DNA of 64,000 nucleotides from NCBI GenBank assembly GCA_013265495.1, contig MU058252.1, positions 1,584,244 through 1,648,243 of the forward strand, given 5' to 3'. Of the stretch, positions 32,862 through 45,797 are shown piece by piece. Position 1 is the first letter of the stretch; the number at the start of each line of letters is the position of its first letter. A program made the position numbers and the translations under genes. The notes beneath the pieces were generated by a model. It worked only from the letters and a program-made list of their open reading frames with translations, made no database searches and was not told the DNA's origin. This DNA comes from Vicugna vicugna. Lineage: Eukaryota.

Positions 32862-35149
32862 CTGAAAATTTGCCTTTGTAAAGAAACATTTGGTCATATT
32901 TAAGGTTAGGAAGAAGTTTGGGAAAAGTGAACCCTCCTCTCAGTGTGGTAAAACCTGAGTTTCCTGTGCCTGGGGTCACCTTTTCCTGATGGTCAGTGTC
33001 CCCAGACCCACTAGCACCTCGGTGGAGAGTCTCAGACCCCGTGGTTTTTCTTTTGTCCAAGCAGACTTGTCTCTGCTTCCCCTCTGGGGTTTGCACTGCT
33101 CAGGGTCCCGGGACTGTTCTGCTTCCTCCTGGCCTTCCAGCCGCGGTGTCACACACGCTCGGGCCATCAGTTTGTCCTCCACGCGTTAGCAAGAGTAGTT
33201 CCCTCCGCACCGCGCTCGCCGTCTTCCTCTTCTGCTCAGGGACCCCAGGACCTGTGGGGGTTCCTCCCAGGCTCCCCACGGGGCCCTGGGCCTCCCCAGC
33301 CTCACTGTGCTCTGTGCTCACGCCTTGTTTCTACACTGTGGGGGACTCGGTCAGCGGGTGCATTTCCCGCATATGCCCATGACGCGCTCCTGTGTGCCGG
33401 TACCAGCCCTGGGCTTCCGAGCAGCATGCTCACCTGCTGTTTGCGGCAGCTCCTCCAGTGACCCCGTGTCAGGGGTCCAGTGTTCCCAGCATTTGCTAAA
33501 CTGCAACTAATGTAACCCGTTCTTCAACCACAGAACTTCTAAAACTTCCGTGGTCCTTGTCTGGATGAGATTATGTTCGAGACTGTATTTTTGCCTCTCA
33601 TCTTGCAGGATCTTCATCCGAGGGTCTTGTTTTAACACAGAATTGATGGGACAGAGTGACACAAGGGAACGTGGCTGGTGTGAGCCGAGACCCGTCCCCA
33701 TCAGTGCGTCAGAAGCAGGGGAGTGGGCGGGACTAGAGACGGCCTTTGTGTTTCACTGTCTGTTTCTCACCCCGTAGGTGATGCCAGTCTGCAGCTGGGC
33801 CTGGAATCCCCGGGGAGTGGAAGGAAGGGCTTTTGAATCTGAAAGATCTGTCTCTGAATTCTAACTGTTCCTTAAGCGAACGATTTCTTTTTCTCTGTTT
33901 CCTTATCTGCCCGAGAATTGCTATGGCTTTAGTGCTGTTAGTAGAAGGGAGTCATATTTTTTTTGTTTTTTCAACAAACCTGCCAGAGACTATGTGTAGA
34001 AATGAGACGTGATTCTGCAGTGTGCGTTAGTCATTCTGTAAAGAGGAGAAGCGCTTACATGTGAGTGACCGTAAGGAAACCCACACGCACGCTTCCTTCA
34101 GAGTGACTGAGCAGCGGCTCACGCTGCAGCGATGCCTCAAGTGCTGCCCGAACTGGTGGGTCAGACCCTCCGTGATGAAAACGCTCACAACTCTCAGGGA
34201 ACAGTTTTCTACAAAAAACATTTCAGCAAAGGTACACTCTTCACAAAACACATTCTAAAATACTAAGTCAATAGCTTTAGGACTGGTGAACTTTTAAGTA
34301 GTATGAGTTGCTTCATGCTGTTTGACAGCCAGAGACACCAGCTCAGCTCTGTGATGACAAGAGTGCGCAGGGAAGCTCTGCTGGGAGGGCACCTGGTGAC
34401 TTCTCACGAGATGTGGAGCTGGTGCAGGGCTGCTGTCCACCTGTGGGGACCCCTCAGGGTTTCCCCCGGGAGCTCTGCCACTGCTCCTCCGGGCTTCCGC
34501 TCTGCGTTCACTAGTCTTCGAGCCTCGGGTGGGTTAAAGCCCGGAGGCTTCGGGCTTCTTCCCACACGTGTGAAGGGTACGGGAAGAAACACCCGTGAGG
34601 GAGGCTGAAGGTCGAGGTCCTGGCGGAGGCGGGACGTGATGTGGCCCAGAGGCGAGCGGAGGGAGGAGAAGCCCGGGCAGCACCAGGAGCTGCAGCGGGA
34701 CAGATCCACGTGGCTGGGGGACCCCCTCCCTTGGAGCATCCATGCAGCCCGGGGGACGAGCGAAGGAAGCCGTGAGTTGACCTCCTCGGGTTGGGGTTTT
34801 GCCAGGCAAGTGTGGTGACAGGGCAGGTGTCCTGGGCTTCTCTGTCCTTGAAGTGTCTGAGAAGTCCTGGTAGGGTGGGAGTCAAGGGGAGGGAGGACTG
34901 GAGGTTGGGAGGTGGGGTCATAGGAAAGAGCTCAGAGGGGGCGCCCTTCTCAGTCAACAGGATCACTGAAGTGGACGTTGTGTACCGGTCGAATTCATTG
35001 GAAATCGAAGAATTTAGGGAATTTTGAGATGAGAGTGTTGGCTTGGTTGGTGGTGCTGGCAGCTTCTGGGTGTGGATGGGGCCTTGGAGATGAGTGTGTG
35101 ACTGTGATCTAGTTGCCAGACTGCTGTGTCCGTGTGGGGAGTGGCTGCT

Positions 35150-35370
35150 GGCGGAGCGTGTGGGAACCTTTGCCGAGTGCTGACTGCGCGTGACCTTGTT
35201 TAATCCCAACAGCCTATGAAGTTGGCATTACTGTCATCCCCCCATTTTCCAGATAGGAACCTGTGGCTCTAAGAGACTTAATAACATGCTCAAGATCACA
35301 CAGCTAGGAGGCAGAGAAGTCATCATTTGATCTGAAGTGAGCACTTGCAGTCACTCCTGTGGACATAGAG
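35150..35370 (-). mobile_element. MIR SINE
   Basis: tttaatcccaacagcctatgaagttggcattactgtcatcccccattttccagatagg...gctcaagatcacacagctag. Confidence 0.75.
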
Positions 35371-35647
35371 AGACAACAGCAACCCCTCACCGGACTGAGG
35401 CTCTTGCAAACAGGAGAATGACTGCTGAGCCTCTAGGACCTTCGCAACGCCTGGCATGTGATGGGTGCCCGCTGAATACTGAGCTAGACTTCTGCTCACA
35501 CGAGGACTGCATCCCTGGTTTTTTCCAGGCTGTGTGAGCAGCGTTGTGTGTCTGGGTAACCCTAGATGACAGCTGGGTTTGGGGTGTCTGAGATGGTGAG
35601 TATCATTACCTTAAGATTTTTAGTGATGTAGAATCTAGCTCCTACAG

Positions 35648-36133
35648 TGAAGGAGCAGGAAGCAGACCAGCCCCCGATGCTAACCCAGCTTGCTGATTGC
35701 TCTGACTAAGAAGTCCTGTGATTTGCTCCCTCTCCCTTACTGCTTTTGCTCTAAACGCCCCCAGACTTCCTCCTGACATTCAGTAGTTTTAGCCCGGATG
35801 CTGTGCTCCAGGAAGGAGGTGATGGGCCGGTAATCTCAGAGGAAGGGACAGACCCTCTGGACTTCCCGCCTGACGTCAGAAAGATTCACTGAGGTTGAGA
35901 GGAAGGTGGCCAGCACCCTGATTGTTAATCACCTTTTCTGTTCTAGTTTTTCCAGTTTTTCTATAAAACCTCAAGACTGCAAGCCCGAGATGGATTCACA
36001 GTCTCTGAGGCATTAGCCTGCGGTGCCCCCCCCTCTGCCTGGCAAAGCAACAAAGCTGTTCTTTTTCTCCCGAAACTCTGCCTCCGAGTCTCAATCTGGC
36101 TTTTGGGGTGCAGAGGCCGGTTTTGCGGCAACA
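35648..36133 (+). mobile_element. ERV1-type solo LTR
   Basis: TG...CA ends (tgaaggagc...gcggcaaca); TATAAAA 35962-35968; degenerate polyA signal AACAAA 36049-36054 in gcctggcaaagcaacaaagctg; U5 aaactctgcctccgag...cagaggccg. Confidence 0.8.
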
Positions 36134-36365
36134 ATATCAAATAGATCAGTGATGGCCTGGGGGAGGGCTGGAGGTGGGGGAAGGTTGGGAGGAAATGAGT
36201 AACTACCAGTAGGTATGGGGTTTCTTTGTGGGGTGAGTAAAGTGTCCGAAATTGATTGTAGTGAGGGTTGCACAACTCTGAACACACTAAAAGCCATTGA
36301 ATTATATCCACTAAATGGGTGAATTTTATGGTGTGTGAGTTACATCTCAATAAAGCTATTAAAAA
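36134..36365 (+). mobile_element. L1MB-type 3' end
   Basis: gtatggggtttctttgtggggtga...gttgcacaactctg...ccattgaatt...gaattttatggtgtgtgagttacatctcaataaagct. Confidence 0.85.
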
Positions 36366-36991
36366 CTCAGTAGGTTTCTGAAAAAAAAAAAAAAAGAAAT
36401 CTAGCTCTTAGGTTGTGGCCCTAGTAGGTGTTCTGTGTACCTGGAAGGTGGGTGGGCAGTGCTGCAGCACATCCAGCCCCCCCCCCCACCGTGTTACTGT
36501 CAGCAGTGCAGCTGACAAGAGGGCCCAGTGGTGGAAATGACGCTGTAGAAATCTCGAAGACCTAAGTGTATTTTATGGTAGTATCGGCAGTTCATCCTCC
36601 AACTTAACTAACATGAATGATGAGCTCTGGTGTGACTGACGTACTGGTAATTTTGTGGTTAATTCCGTTTTTATTCTATCTCATTCGTAAAAAGTATGAT
36701 TATGCCAAGCAAGTTTGCAAGGTTAATTAAGTGCACAGCTTATTTAAAACCACGAGGGAGCCCCATTAAGAATATTTATCTATTAAACAATTCTTTACTT
36801 AATTGAAGAATATTCCACAATGTTTCTTTTAAAAGTAACTATCAGGCTTATTAAATAGAAATATGGATTGATTGGCAGAATAATTGTGTGGGGTTCGAAT
36901 TGGCGATTACATCAGTTTCACTTGGTCAGGTGGAAAGAAATGTTGTTCAAAAGGAGAAAAAACTACAGTTTGACGGTATCATGGGAGGATT

Positions 36992-37126
36992 CTTTCTTCT
37001 TCTTTGGTTTGGTGGGGAGGTAATTAAGTTTGTGTATTTATTTATTTTTAGTGGAGGCACTGGGGATTGAACCCAGGACCTTCTGCGTGCTGAGCATGCA
37101 CTCTGCCACCGGAGCTACACCCTCAC
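36992..37126 (-). mobile_element. Vic-1-type tRNA-Ala SINE
   Basis: ggggaggtaattaagtttg...tggaggcactggggattgaacccaggacc...gagctacaccctc. Confidence 0.85.
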
Positions 37127-38009
37127 AAAGGACTTTTCTAATGTTAAAATATCTGTTCTTTCTGCCCTGTGTTATGTCTCAGGATTAAGCAGCTGTTTGT
37201 TCTCTGCAGGCTGACTTCTTAGGTTTTACCCTTTTGTGTTTCACTTGGAATGTGGCTTCATTTTTGATCGTACGCGTGTATGTACAATTATATATATAAA
37301 TATGTAAGCTAATAGTATCTGCTACCGAGACTTTCAGAAATTTTTAATTAATGAAAGGAGTATAGCTATAAATTATTAAAAATTAATAATTACAAACCTA
37401 AGAGTTTATGATGTCAAATGAAATTTAAATGATACAGGATTGGCTCTGTTTTCAATATGAAATGGTCAGATTGGCAGTAAAATTGATCAGACCTCCATTT
37501 AATTCACTCCTGGCTATCCTAACACTTACTGCAGGTAAATTATTAATAGTTTTCCATCAGACATACTTTGGCCTTGAGTAATGTTCCTCGTGCTTCTAGT
37601 TTATTTGACTGTGGTGACCAGATAGGAAGGGGTTCTGACGGGTGCACTCTGTGTCCCTTGTTCACGACAGCGTGGCTGAGCTCGGGGATGAGCAGAGAAC
37701 TGGCGCCTGAAGTCCTGCCTTCGGACTCCGGCGTCCGGCGTGGGCTTGTTACTGGTCCTTGTTAGTGTCAGTCACTTCCCATGTCCTTCCCTTCACCTAC
37801 TGAGGCGGTGGGGATACGCGCCAGTAGGATCCTGTGTTACTGGGTGACTCAGAAGATGAGTGTCTGGAAGATGAGATCGGAGGTGATGGGGACATTGTGA
37901 TGTGAAGGACTCCGGGTACCAGGCTGTGGTCCGGCTCTCGCAGCACCTCCCAGACGAGTCTGTAGACCCACACCCTCTGGGTTTGTGTGATTGCCTCAGG
38001 TTTTTGTTT

Positions 38010-38420
38010 TTTTTAAACTAGTAAAAGCCATCATTTGTTGAATGCTTGCTGGGTTCTGGGTACCGTGTGAAGTCCCCATTCTACAAACACACATTTGCTA
38101 AGCTCCTGTGAGCCCTGGTCTGACAGTCCGGGGGGTTTCCTTTCTAGGGGGAGAGCTGGATGTTAGCAGGTGGTAGAGACGTGGGGTGCACTGAGACATA
38201 CGGTGGGGCCCTGGTGAGGCTGTGGGTGAGCAGGGGGGTGGTGTTGTGGCTTCTCCAGCAGGTGACGATCAGCTGAGACCACAAGAGTGCATGGACCCCC
38301 GCCAGGTGGAGGGTGAGGCCTTCCAGAAGGGGGTTGAAATGGCAGTTAAACGCCCCGCGTGCCTGGAGTGGAAGGGAGCGTGTGGTAAGGGCCTCCAAGG
38401 TGGGGCTGGGTGCAGAATTG
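38010..38420 (-). mobile_element. L2 3' fragment
   Basis: catttgttgaatgcttgct / cacatttgctaagctcctgtgagccctgg L2-terminal motifs. Confidence 0.45.
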
Positions 38421-41400
38421 TGCTCTTTCTCTGGGGCACGAAGTCCTCAGGCACGGAAAGAGGTCCTACACAGAGGACTGGGTTGATCAGTTCGCGCAGC
38501 CGTGCCTGGAAGTTTCAGCCAAGAGCTGCACCTTTTCTTTAGAGCCTGAGCAGACGTGGGGAGGAGGGGGGAAGTCGGCGGGACGTGAGGGCTGCTCCGG
38601 AGCTTTGTCTTGGGGACACGGTCCACCACACAGACCCCCGGGGAAGAGCTGGAGAAAGGTTGTGCCTTATCCTGCAAAACAGCGGGCAAGGCTCGCAAGC
38701 AGTGTGAGGAGGGCCCCAGAAATCAGAGCAGCCAGGTACTGCGGCCTTCAGGTGCAGGTGGGGAGTGGGCTTTGGGGGGTTAGTATAGTAGAATATATGG
38801 CCAGTGAGTGCAGTTAGTTTTCAGTTTTAAAACCGAAAGACAGTTTCCCCAGCTGAATTTAGAAGTAGTAGGTGTTCTTCTTTCTTCTTAGCACTGTGCT
38901 TTAGTTCTTTTGTGGGAAAGAGCTCCTGAAAGGTGTCCATAATCAGTGGTGTTCACTAAAGAAGAACTTAGGATACAACACAGTGTAGAGAAAGGGCTCT
39001 GAATAGTAATTAGAAATAAGCTGCCAGGAGAAGGGGGCTTGTGAGCTATAAAGGTGCAAATGACTAATCGATATTTTCCACTGGCACGTCTCATCTTAAT
39101 TAGGAGAGTAAACTGAACCTGCATTTCTGATTATGCAGTCATTTTCTTGAGCTGAATTAACATGTTTTACCATTTATTCATTAGCTCTTGTATCTGTGAT
39201 AAATTAAACTTTATAGGTAATCAAAACATCATTGTGTGATACAATTACAGTGCTCTGAATTAGAGTTTGGGAATGTTATTACAACAGTGTGTGTAACTTA
39301 AACGTCCCCTAATGGCAAAGATTAATAGCACCATCAACTTTCGGGAGATACGCCGTTCACATCCGGGTTGAGTTACAGTTGAGTAACTTTAGAAGAGCTG
39401 ACAGACAGCACTCGTGCTGAGCCTGTGGACAGCGTCGTTTCCAGGAGGGAGCGTCCTCTGTAATTTAGTGGTAATCACTAAACCACTCATCGTAGTACGG
39501 GTACTAGGTTTGTTGTTGCCAGCCCCCTGAGAAGTTGTTAGATTCGTGGCGCAGTAAAGGAGGTGCCTGATTTCACAATGAGACATTAGGGCAGTAGCTG
39601 CTTGGAGATGCAATCATGATGTCAGTAGGGCTTAATAACCACACTCTGGTTAGGCTTTCAGGGCTTTTGTTTTTTTCCTTAGAAGAATCACTGATACGTT
39701 CATACAGAGGTATATACACTTTTAAGCATATATATTTTTTCTTAAATCTTAGACTCTACCGTTCCAGTGGGCTACTCTAGAAAGCCCTCGGCTGTCAATA
39801 CTGGAATTATACCCATTCAGTCCTTAGCCAGAGGAGATGCCTGTTGCCAGTTTGACCAGAACAGGAAATGGACGTGGTGTTCTCTCCCCAATATTAGAGA
39901 TGGATTTGTGGGGCGGACAAAGCTACAGACCTTTAGGCCAACCACTTCACCTCTCCTACCCCCCCGCCCTGCCATGCCCAGATCCTCTTGGTGACACGTG
40001 GTGAGAAGTGACCGATGGTGACCTCAGGTCCAGTCTGTGTCCACCACACAGTGTCAAGCTTGCTGGATTACACAGGACTCGAACCAGTGACCCCCTGGAG
40101 ACCAACAGAAACTGCTCAGTCCTGCTCGTAAGTGAGTTTAATGCATTAAGCTCGTAAGTGGCTTAATGCAAACAGCAGCTTCTGAGTGTGTCTGTTACAG
40201 CAGAGAAGTGAAAAGCAGATTCGTGTCTACCCCGCAGCGCCTGAAACGGTAGCACCTCTCGGCTCCAGTGGTCCGGAGGACCGAGTCTGGGCACCCGGCC
40301 TCCTGGGACCCCTGGGAGGGCCGCCTTCGCCGGAGGTTGTTGATGGAGGCCGTCCCTCGTCTTGCTCTTGGTAGACTGACTTAAGTGACAGAAGCTGAGG
40401 TCTCTAAAAAGGATTTTTTTTTTTTTACTTTGAAGTAATTACTTTTATTTTACTATGAACTGAAGAGAAATGATCATTGTGCTTCTGATGGTCATTGGTG
40501 ATAAAAAAACCAAGGAAAATTTAAATTCCAGTATGTTGAGAGTATGTTGAGACTTTGCAGAAAAGATTTTAATGAACAAAACTGGCCGTTCGGCGCCTTT
40601 TCCGGAAACGCTCCCTTTCTTACGCGTTTCCTTGCCATCAAAGATAGGCGCACATTCAGTCCGTCACCCTCTTTAGGCTGCATTTCTGCAGGTTTTCCGC
40701 AAGGACATAATTTCTGTCTGTTGGAATTTGATTTCAGTTATGAACAAAAAGCCTGACGGGTACGGACTGAGAGATGCCAGCGCTGACTGGGTGGGGGCTG
40801 GTAGTGCGGTGGTCGCCGGGACATCGGCTTCCGTTTTCAGGGGAAACAGATGCCGTTCGTGAGTGTGGTGAACGTAACGACGTGGTGCCGTGCGGACTCC
40901 CAGTCAGAGCCCCGGCTTTCCCTTCATCTTCACCTCCGGCCTGAGCTGTGCTTTTGGGAACATTCTTTTCTTTTGGGGTGGGGGGTGGTGCACATTCTTA
41001 AAGAGGAAAATAATATTTGTTCATTTTAGTAGTGTTAGTGGGCCTTGCATTTTTGTTTAGGGCAGAGGGTTTCTAGAGGTCATTTCCTTCCGGACGTCAT
41101 CTCGATTCGGGACTCAAGTCCCCAGGGCAGACTCGACTGTTCTCCTGCCTGCCCTCCCCATTTGGCTTCATGACAGCATCTCTCCTGGAGGAGGCAGAGG
41201 CCAATTGAAAATGAAAACTGCTTTCCTTTTGGTTTTGGGGAAACTAATTTGTAGTGAAGAAGGTACAGCTTCGTTGTGTGGAAAGAAGTGAAGGAGCAGG
41301 TGAGAGCAGGCCGAGGCCACGGCCCCTGAGCATCGCTGGTGCGCGGGGGTACGCGGAGGCGGGCAGGCGGCCAGGGTGGCCCCGTTGCAGGGAAGGGGGC

Positions 41401-42052
41401 CGGGGTGCCCTGGTGGAGCTGCGGGCACTGAAGGGCGGGCCGGCTGCTTAGGGGACCTGTCCTAGGCTGGCAGTGGGGGCAGAAATGAGGGGGGCTGCCT
41501 GTTACTGACCAGGTCCTGGCTCTTTGGGGCCAGTTGTCCCTGTGGGTTTGGCTTCCAGGCTGGTGCTGCAAGCTGCCAGTGAGGCGGGCGGTCGCCTGAG
41601 GTCTGGCTGTTGTCTATTCATGTATTTAACCTCTCAGTTGGAAAAATGAAAATTTGAATAATGTGTGGATGGGCCGGTCTGCATTTTTGCATTCCCCGAA
41701 CACAAACGTTGGCTGCCCCAGTCCTGAGTCCGTGCTGCTGCGACTTTATGTCCATAAAACCTGTGCACTGTTTCTACCATATTTTTCCTTAGAAGACGGT
41801 GGGTCCTCAGTTACAGCCTCATGGGGTGTGAAAAGAACATCAGACTTCAGACGTAGTGCCTGAGCTCTGACCCCCACCCTCTGACCCCCGCCCTCTGACC
41901 CCTGCCCTGCTCCTGGGTGCTCCGGGGTCCCCGGGAGTCGCTTCACGTCCCTGGGCCTCAGGTGGCCTGGGAATGGACGTGGTGAGGCTCCTCCGCTCTC
42001 TCTGGAGGGTTGTGACGACGCAGTGAACCCTTGAAAACAGCTGAGGTGACCT

Positions 42053-42371
42053 GTGCCAGCTCCTGGGGCTGCCAAGACCAGCTTCCACAATGAGTGCGGC
42101 TTAAAGCAGCCGACATTCGTTGTCTCACAGTCTGGGGGCCAGGAGCCCGGGGTCAGGGCCTTCTCCCTCTGGCCTGTCTGTGCCCAGCGCTCCCCTCTTT
42201 ATAAGGACACCAGGCATATCCAACCAGGGACCTGCCCCCCTCTGCTGTGGCCTCGTCTCAGCTGACTTCATCTGCAGTGGCCCCGTTTCCAAAGAAGGTC
42301 GTGTCCTGAGGCACCGGCAGGGGACGACTTCAACACGTGGGTTTTGGGGGGCAGGCAATTCAACCCATAGT
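42053..42371 (-). mobile_element. MaLR LTR (MLT1C-like)
   Basis: ggcttaaagcagccgacattcgttgtctcacagtctggggg...ttataaggacacc...tttccaaagaaggtc...caattcaacccata. Confidence 0.75.
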
Positions 42372-45357
42372 GAGACCCCTGAACACCTGTTGTCAGTACC
42401 AACCACATGAGCCTCGGAGAAAGGGCCGACTGAGAAGCTCTTTGGAAGCAAAAGTCTGCGAAAAGAGTGAGTGAATCCGGATGTCTTTGCCACAGGAAGA
42501 AGGAAAGCTCACCCTGCCTGGTTCCAGGAAGGCCAGGCTGTCACCCTCTGTGACTCACAGCAGCACATCTCACCCGAGGTCTGGGGACACCCACCGTCCC
42601 AGCCCCGCCTTCCTGGCCTCACCCTGATTTCTCTTGAGCAGGGACGGGCGTGTGTGAGGAAAGCAGCTGTCCGTCTTCTAAGCGTCAGTCCCCTCAGATG
42701 GCACAGGACAGGGGGTTGGCTTCTGTGTTGGGAACTTGGCGATGCCCTCACCCTTTGGCTGAGTCCCCTGCCCTGGGGGTGACTTGGCACTGCTGCACCC
42801 CAGGGGCTCACAAAGGTCCCATGGTTGCATACCATGTGGGAGGACTGTGAGCCCTGGGAGTTCAGGCCTGTCCATGAGCAGCTGGGAGGAGAGCCAGCTC
42901 CAGAGTGTCTTCTGACCCATGGGTGGCAGAGGGGAATAGTGACCAGCAGCCTCGAAACCTCAGCTGACTGAGGGTCTCAGGGCTCTGCTTTTTCCATCAT
43001 TGACTCATCCTCAGGCTGGACTCAGCCACAAAATGGCTACTGCAGCTCCGGGTGTCATATCCACACTCCACGCCATCAGGAAGAGAGGGCATCTCTCCTT
43101 TAGTGTTCAAGTGCAGCCAGCTCAAGTTCCATCACCCAGAAGTCCCAGAAATCACTCTCCTATGGCCCACCTCCAAGTTGACTGCCATGGCCAGGCACTA
43201 ACCCTAGCGGGCCCACCTTCGTAGCTGAGGGAGTTGATCTGCTTCCTCCAAGACTCCTGAGCTGGTTGAGGGAGGGTTGGGTATCTGAAAACCAGAGTAC
43301 GATCCGGAGGAGGGGCCCAGATGCTGGGTCATCTAAAACGTTATTGCACGCACTTACTGTTGACTAAACTGTTAGCTCAAAGTTCCAAAAGTTCTCAGGA
43401 ATCTGCTTGGCGCACATGATCCTTCTGGAGCTGGGCCCCACAAGTCACAGGCCCCTGTTTCCCTTACGTCAGCCGTGGTACCCAGTGTCCGTGCCGCAGT
43501 GGCTGCGTGTGGGGCAGCCTGGGACCCACAGAAAGCAGAGCCTGAGGCAAAGGTGTAAGTGCAGTACTTGATTGTGGATATGGCCACGGGGACAGGGGCA
43601 CGGCAGGAGGAGCCGAGGAGCAGTACTAGGAGGGGTCATCAGGTGGCCGGCACAGGGTCAGCGGTTACTGTATCCTGCAGGACCACCTGGGAGCTGTGTG
43701 GTCGCATCTCAGAATCACCCCTGGGAGGGAAAGGACCAGGCGTTAATCTGTGGCTCCTGCCCCCCTGGTCAGAGATGCCCCCGCGGGTTTAATTCTGCAC
43801 GTTTCCAGGAACGTGGGCAATTCCTCTAATGCCCTTTCCCGATGAGCGTGAGCAGCAGAGCGCGGGGTGGGCAGTGAGGGGCGCGGCGTGGCTGGGCTTA
43901 CTCCCGCCAGGCTGCCCCTGCGGGAAGTGTGGGTGCTGCGGGAGGCGGGGGATTGAGGTGGGAGGGCACTGGGTGTGGAGCACCTGCTGGAAGCACTGGG
44001 CGAGCACCGGGGAAGACGTCAGGTCAGCTGTGGTGCGTAAGAGGTGTGGCTGCTGGGATTCTCTGTGCAGTAACTGGTTGGCACGGGCTCTTGGAAAGAT
44101 GGAGCCCCTGTTCTCCAAAGGTCTGGTTGGGACGGAGCATCCCCCCGGTAAGTAGAAGGAAGCGGTCGTGCTCAGACTGGAAACAGGGAGTTTAGTTTGA
44201 TTTTTAAATAAATAAAGCTGCTGTATGAGCGGCCACCACGTGTAAGTATAATGGGTGACAAGTTGCCTTGGGGCGCTCAGTGCACACCTGGGCTTCGTTC
44301 CGTCTCCCAGTGGGGCTTAACCCCTGGTGTGTCCACCTTGGCTGAACGTTGGCCTGAAGCAGCGCATCTCCTTTTATCGTGAGTGGCTGTGAGGCAGGTC
44401 CATGTCCCGGCTCCCTTTTTGGTCAAATGAAAATTATAATTACTTGCAGGGCCCTTCTTTCTTTTTCATTTGTTTATTAAAAAATATTCAGTGTTTGTTC
44501 ACGATGTCCAAATTACTCTGGACCCTGGAGAGATGTACAATGTGTCCTCTAGCCTGGTAATTCTAACCCGGGGTGGAGACCAGGGTGGTGCATAGACCGT
44601 GCGGCCGTGGGTCAGATCCTGCATCAGGAGCGAGGACGGACGGGCGCACTTGGCTTCTCCACCTAATTTCACCTTCCTTCTAGTCAAGTACAAACCCGTT
44701 ATCCAGCTTAAACTTGTGTTTGTGTCAAACAAGAAAGTGAAGAATTAAAAACTCTGTGAGAATGTGTCACGAGTATATGCTCAGCACACTTGGCTGTGGT
44801 CACAGACCGTGGGCGTCGTTTACAGCGGGAGACTCTCCAAGGAGTGGAGCAAGGGCAGGGTTTCAGGAACAGCTGTGTCCAGGGTTCAGGCAAGAGCTTT
44901 TATAGACTATTGATCAATTCAAACAACATTTATCTACCTTTTTAGTTTCACAAGATTGTACCCCCCCCGCCCCGTCCCCCAAAGAGGCTTCTATTGATAA
45001 ATGTTATGAGTTTGGCCGAATTGAGACTTCCTTTAGAACTGATTGCTCTCGCATTCCACTTGCAAAGCTTGTTGGTTGGCTGCAGGTGGGATACACTGAA
45101 AACACGGTAAGTTATTTCAGCAGAGTTAGGTTGGAAGGGGATTTTTAAGAAATACCTGTGTCGCGGCTTGCTTCTGCTCTTGAGGCTTTCAAATGTAAAT
45201 AAGGTCCAGCTGCAGAAAGCTCGAAGAATAATATATAGGTTTAGTACTGAATTCCCGAAGGAATGGGGCAGGCGTTTGCATACCAAATACAGCGGTCTCG
45301 TGCTCCAGTTTCCCGTGAATCAGGGTTTTATTAACAGACCACAGAATCTAAGTTAGC

Positions 45358-45498
45358 TTTTTATTTATTTTATTATTTTAATTAATTTTTAAAATCTAAG
45401 TATGATTTACAACATTAGTTTCAGGTGTACAACAGAGGGATTCAATATTTTCATAGATTATACCACATACAAAGTTACTGTAGAATAATGGCTGTACC
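45358..45498 (-). mobile_element. Short L1 3' end
   Basis: T-rich tail then gatttacaacattagtttcaggtgtacaaca...gattcaatattt. Confidence 0.7.
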
Positions 45499-45797
45499 AA
45501 CGTGGATTTGAAAGAAACAAGAGTGCTGGTGGTTTGAGAATCCCCCAGAGGGCCAGAGCACAGTTGCAGGGAGAAATGCCTGGAATCCAAGCAGAAATGC
45601 AGAACCACTGGCCCACGCCCACCAAGCAGCTCCCACCCTTGCTTCTACAGCCGGAAAAAACACAAGGCTGCACCCCTGTGCTGCCTGCGATGACTTCCCG
45701 GTGTGGGGCTGCCCCTTCCCACTGCTGACTTCTGCCCGGGCAGACCCTGGTCCACGTGGCATGACAGCTGCAAGGCCTTCTGGGAAAGGCCATCTAT

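Noticed and set aside
34511..35209. 232-aa minus-strand ORF
   Set aside because: Low-complexity Pro/Ser/Thr translation of GC-rich and MIR-derived DNA; no homology recognised.
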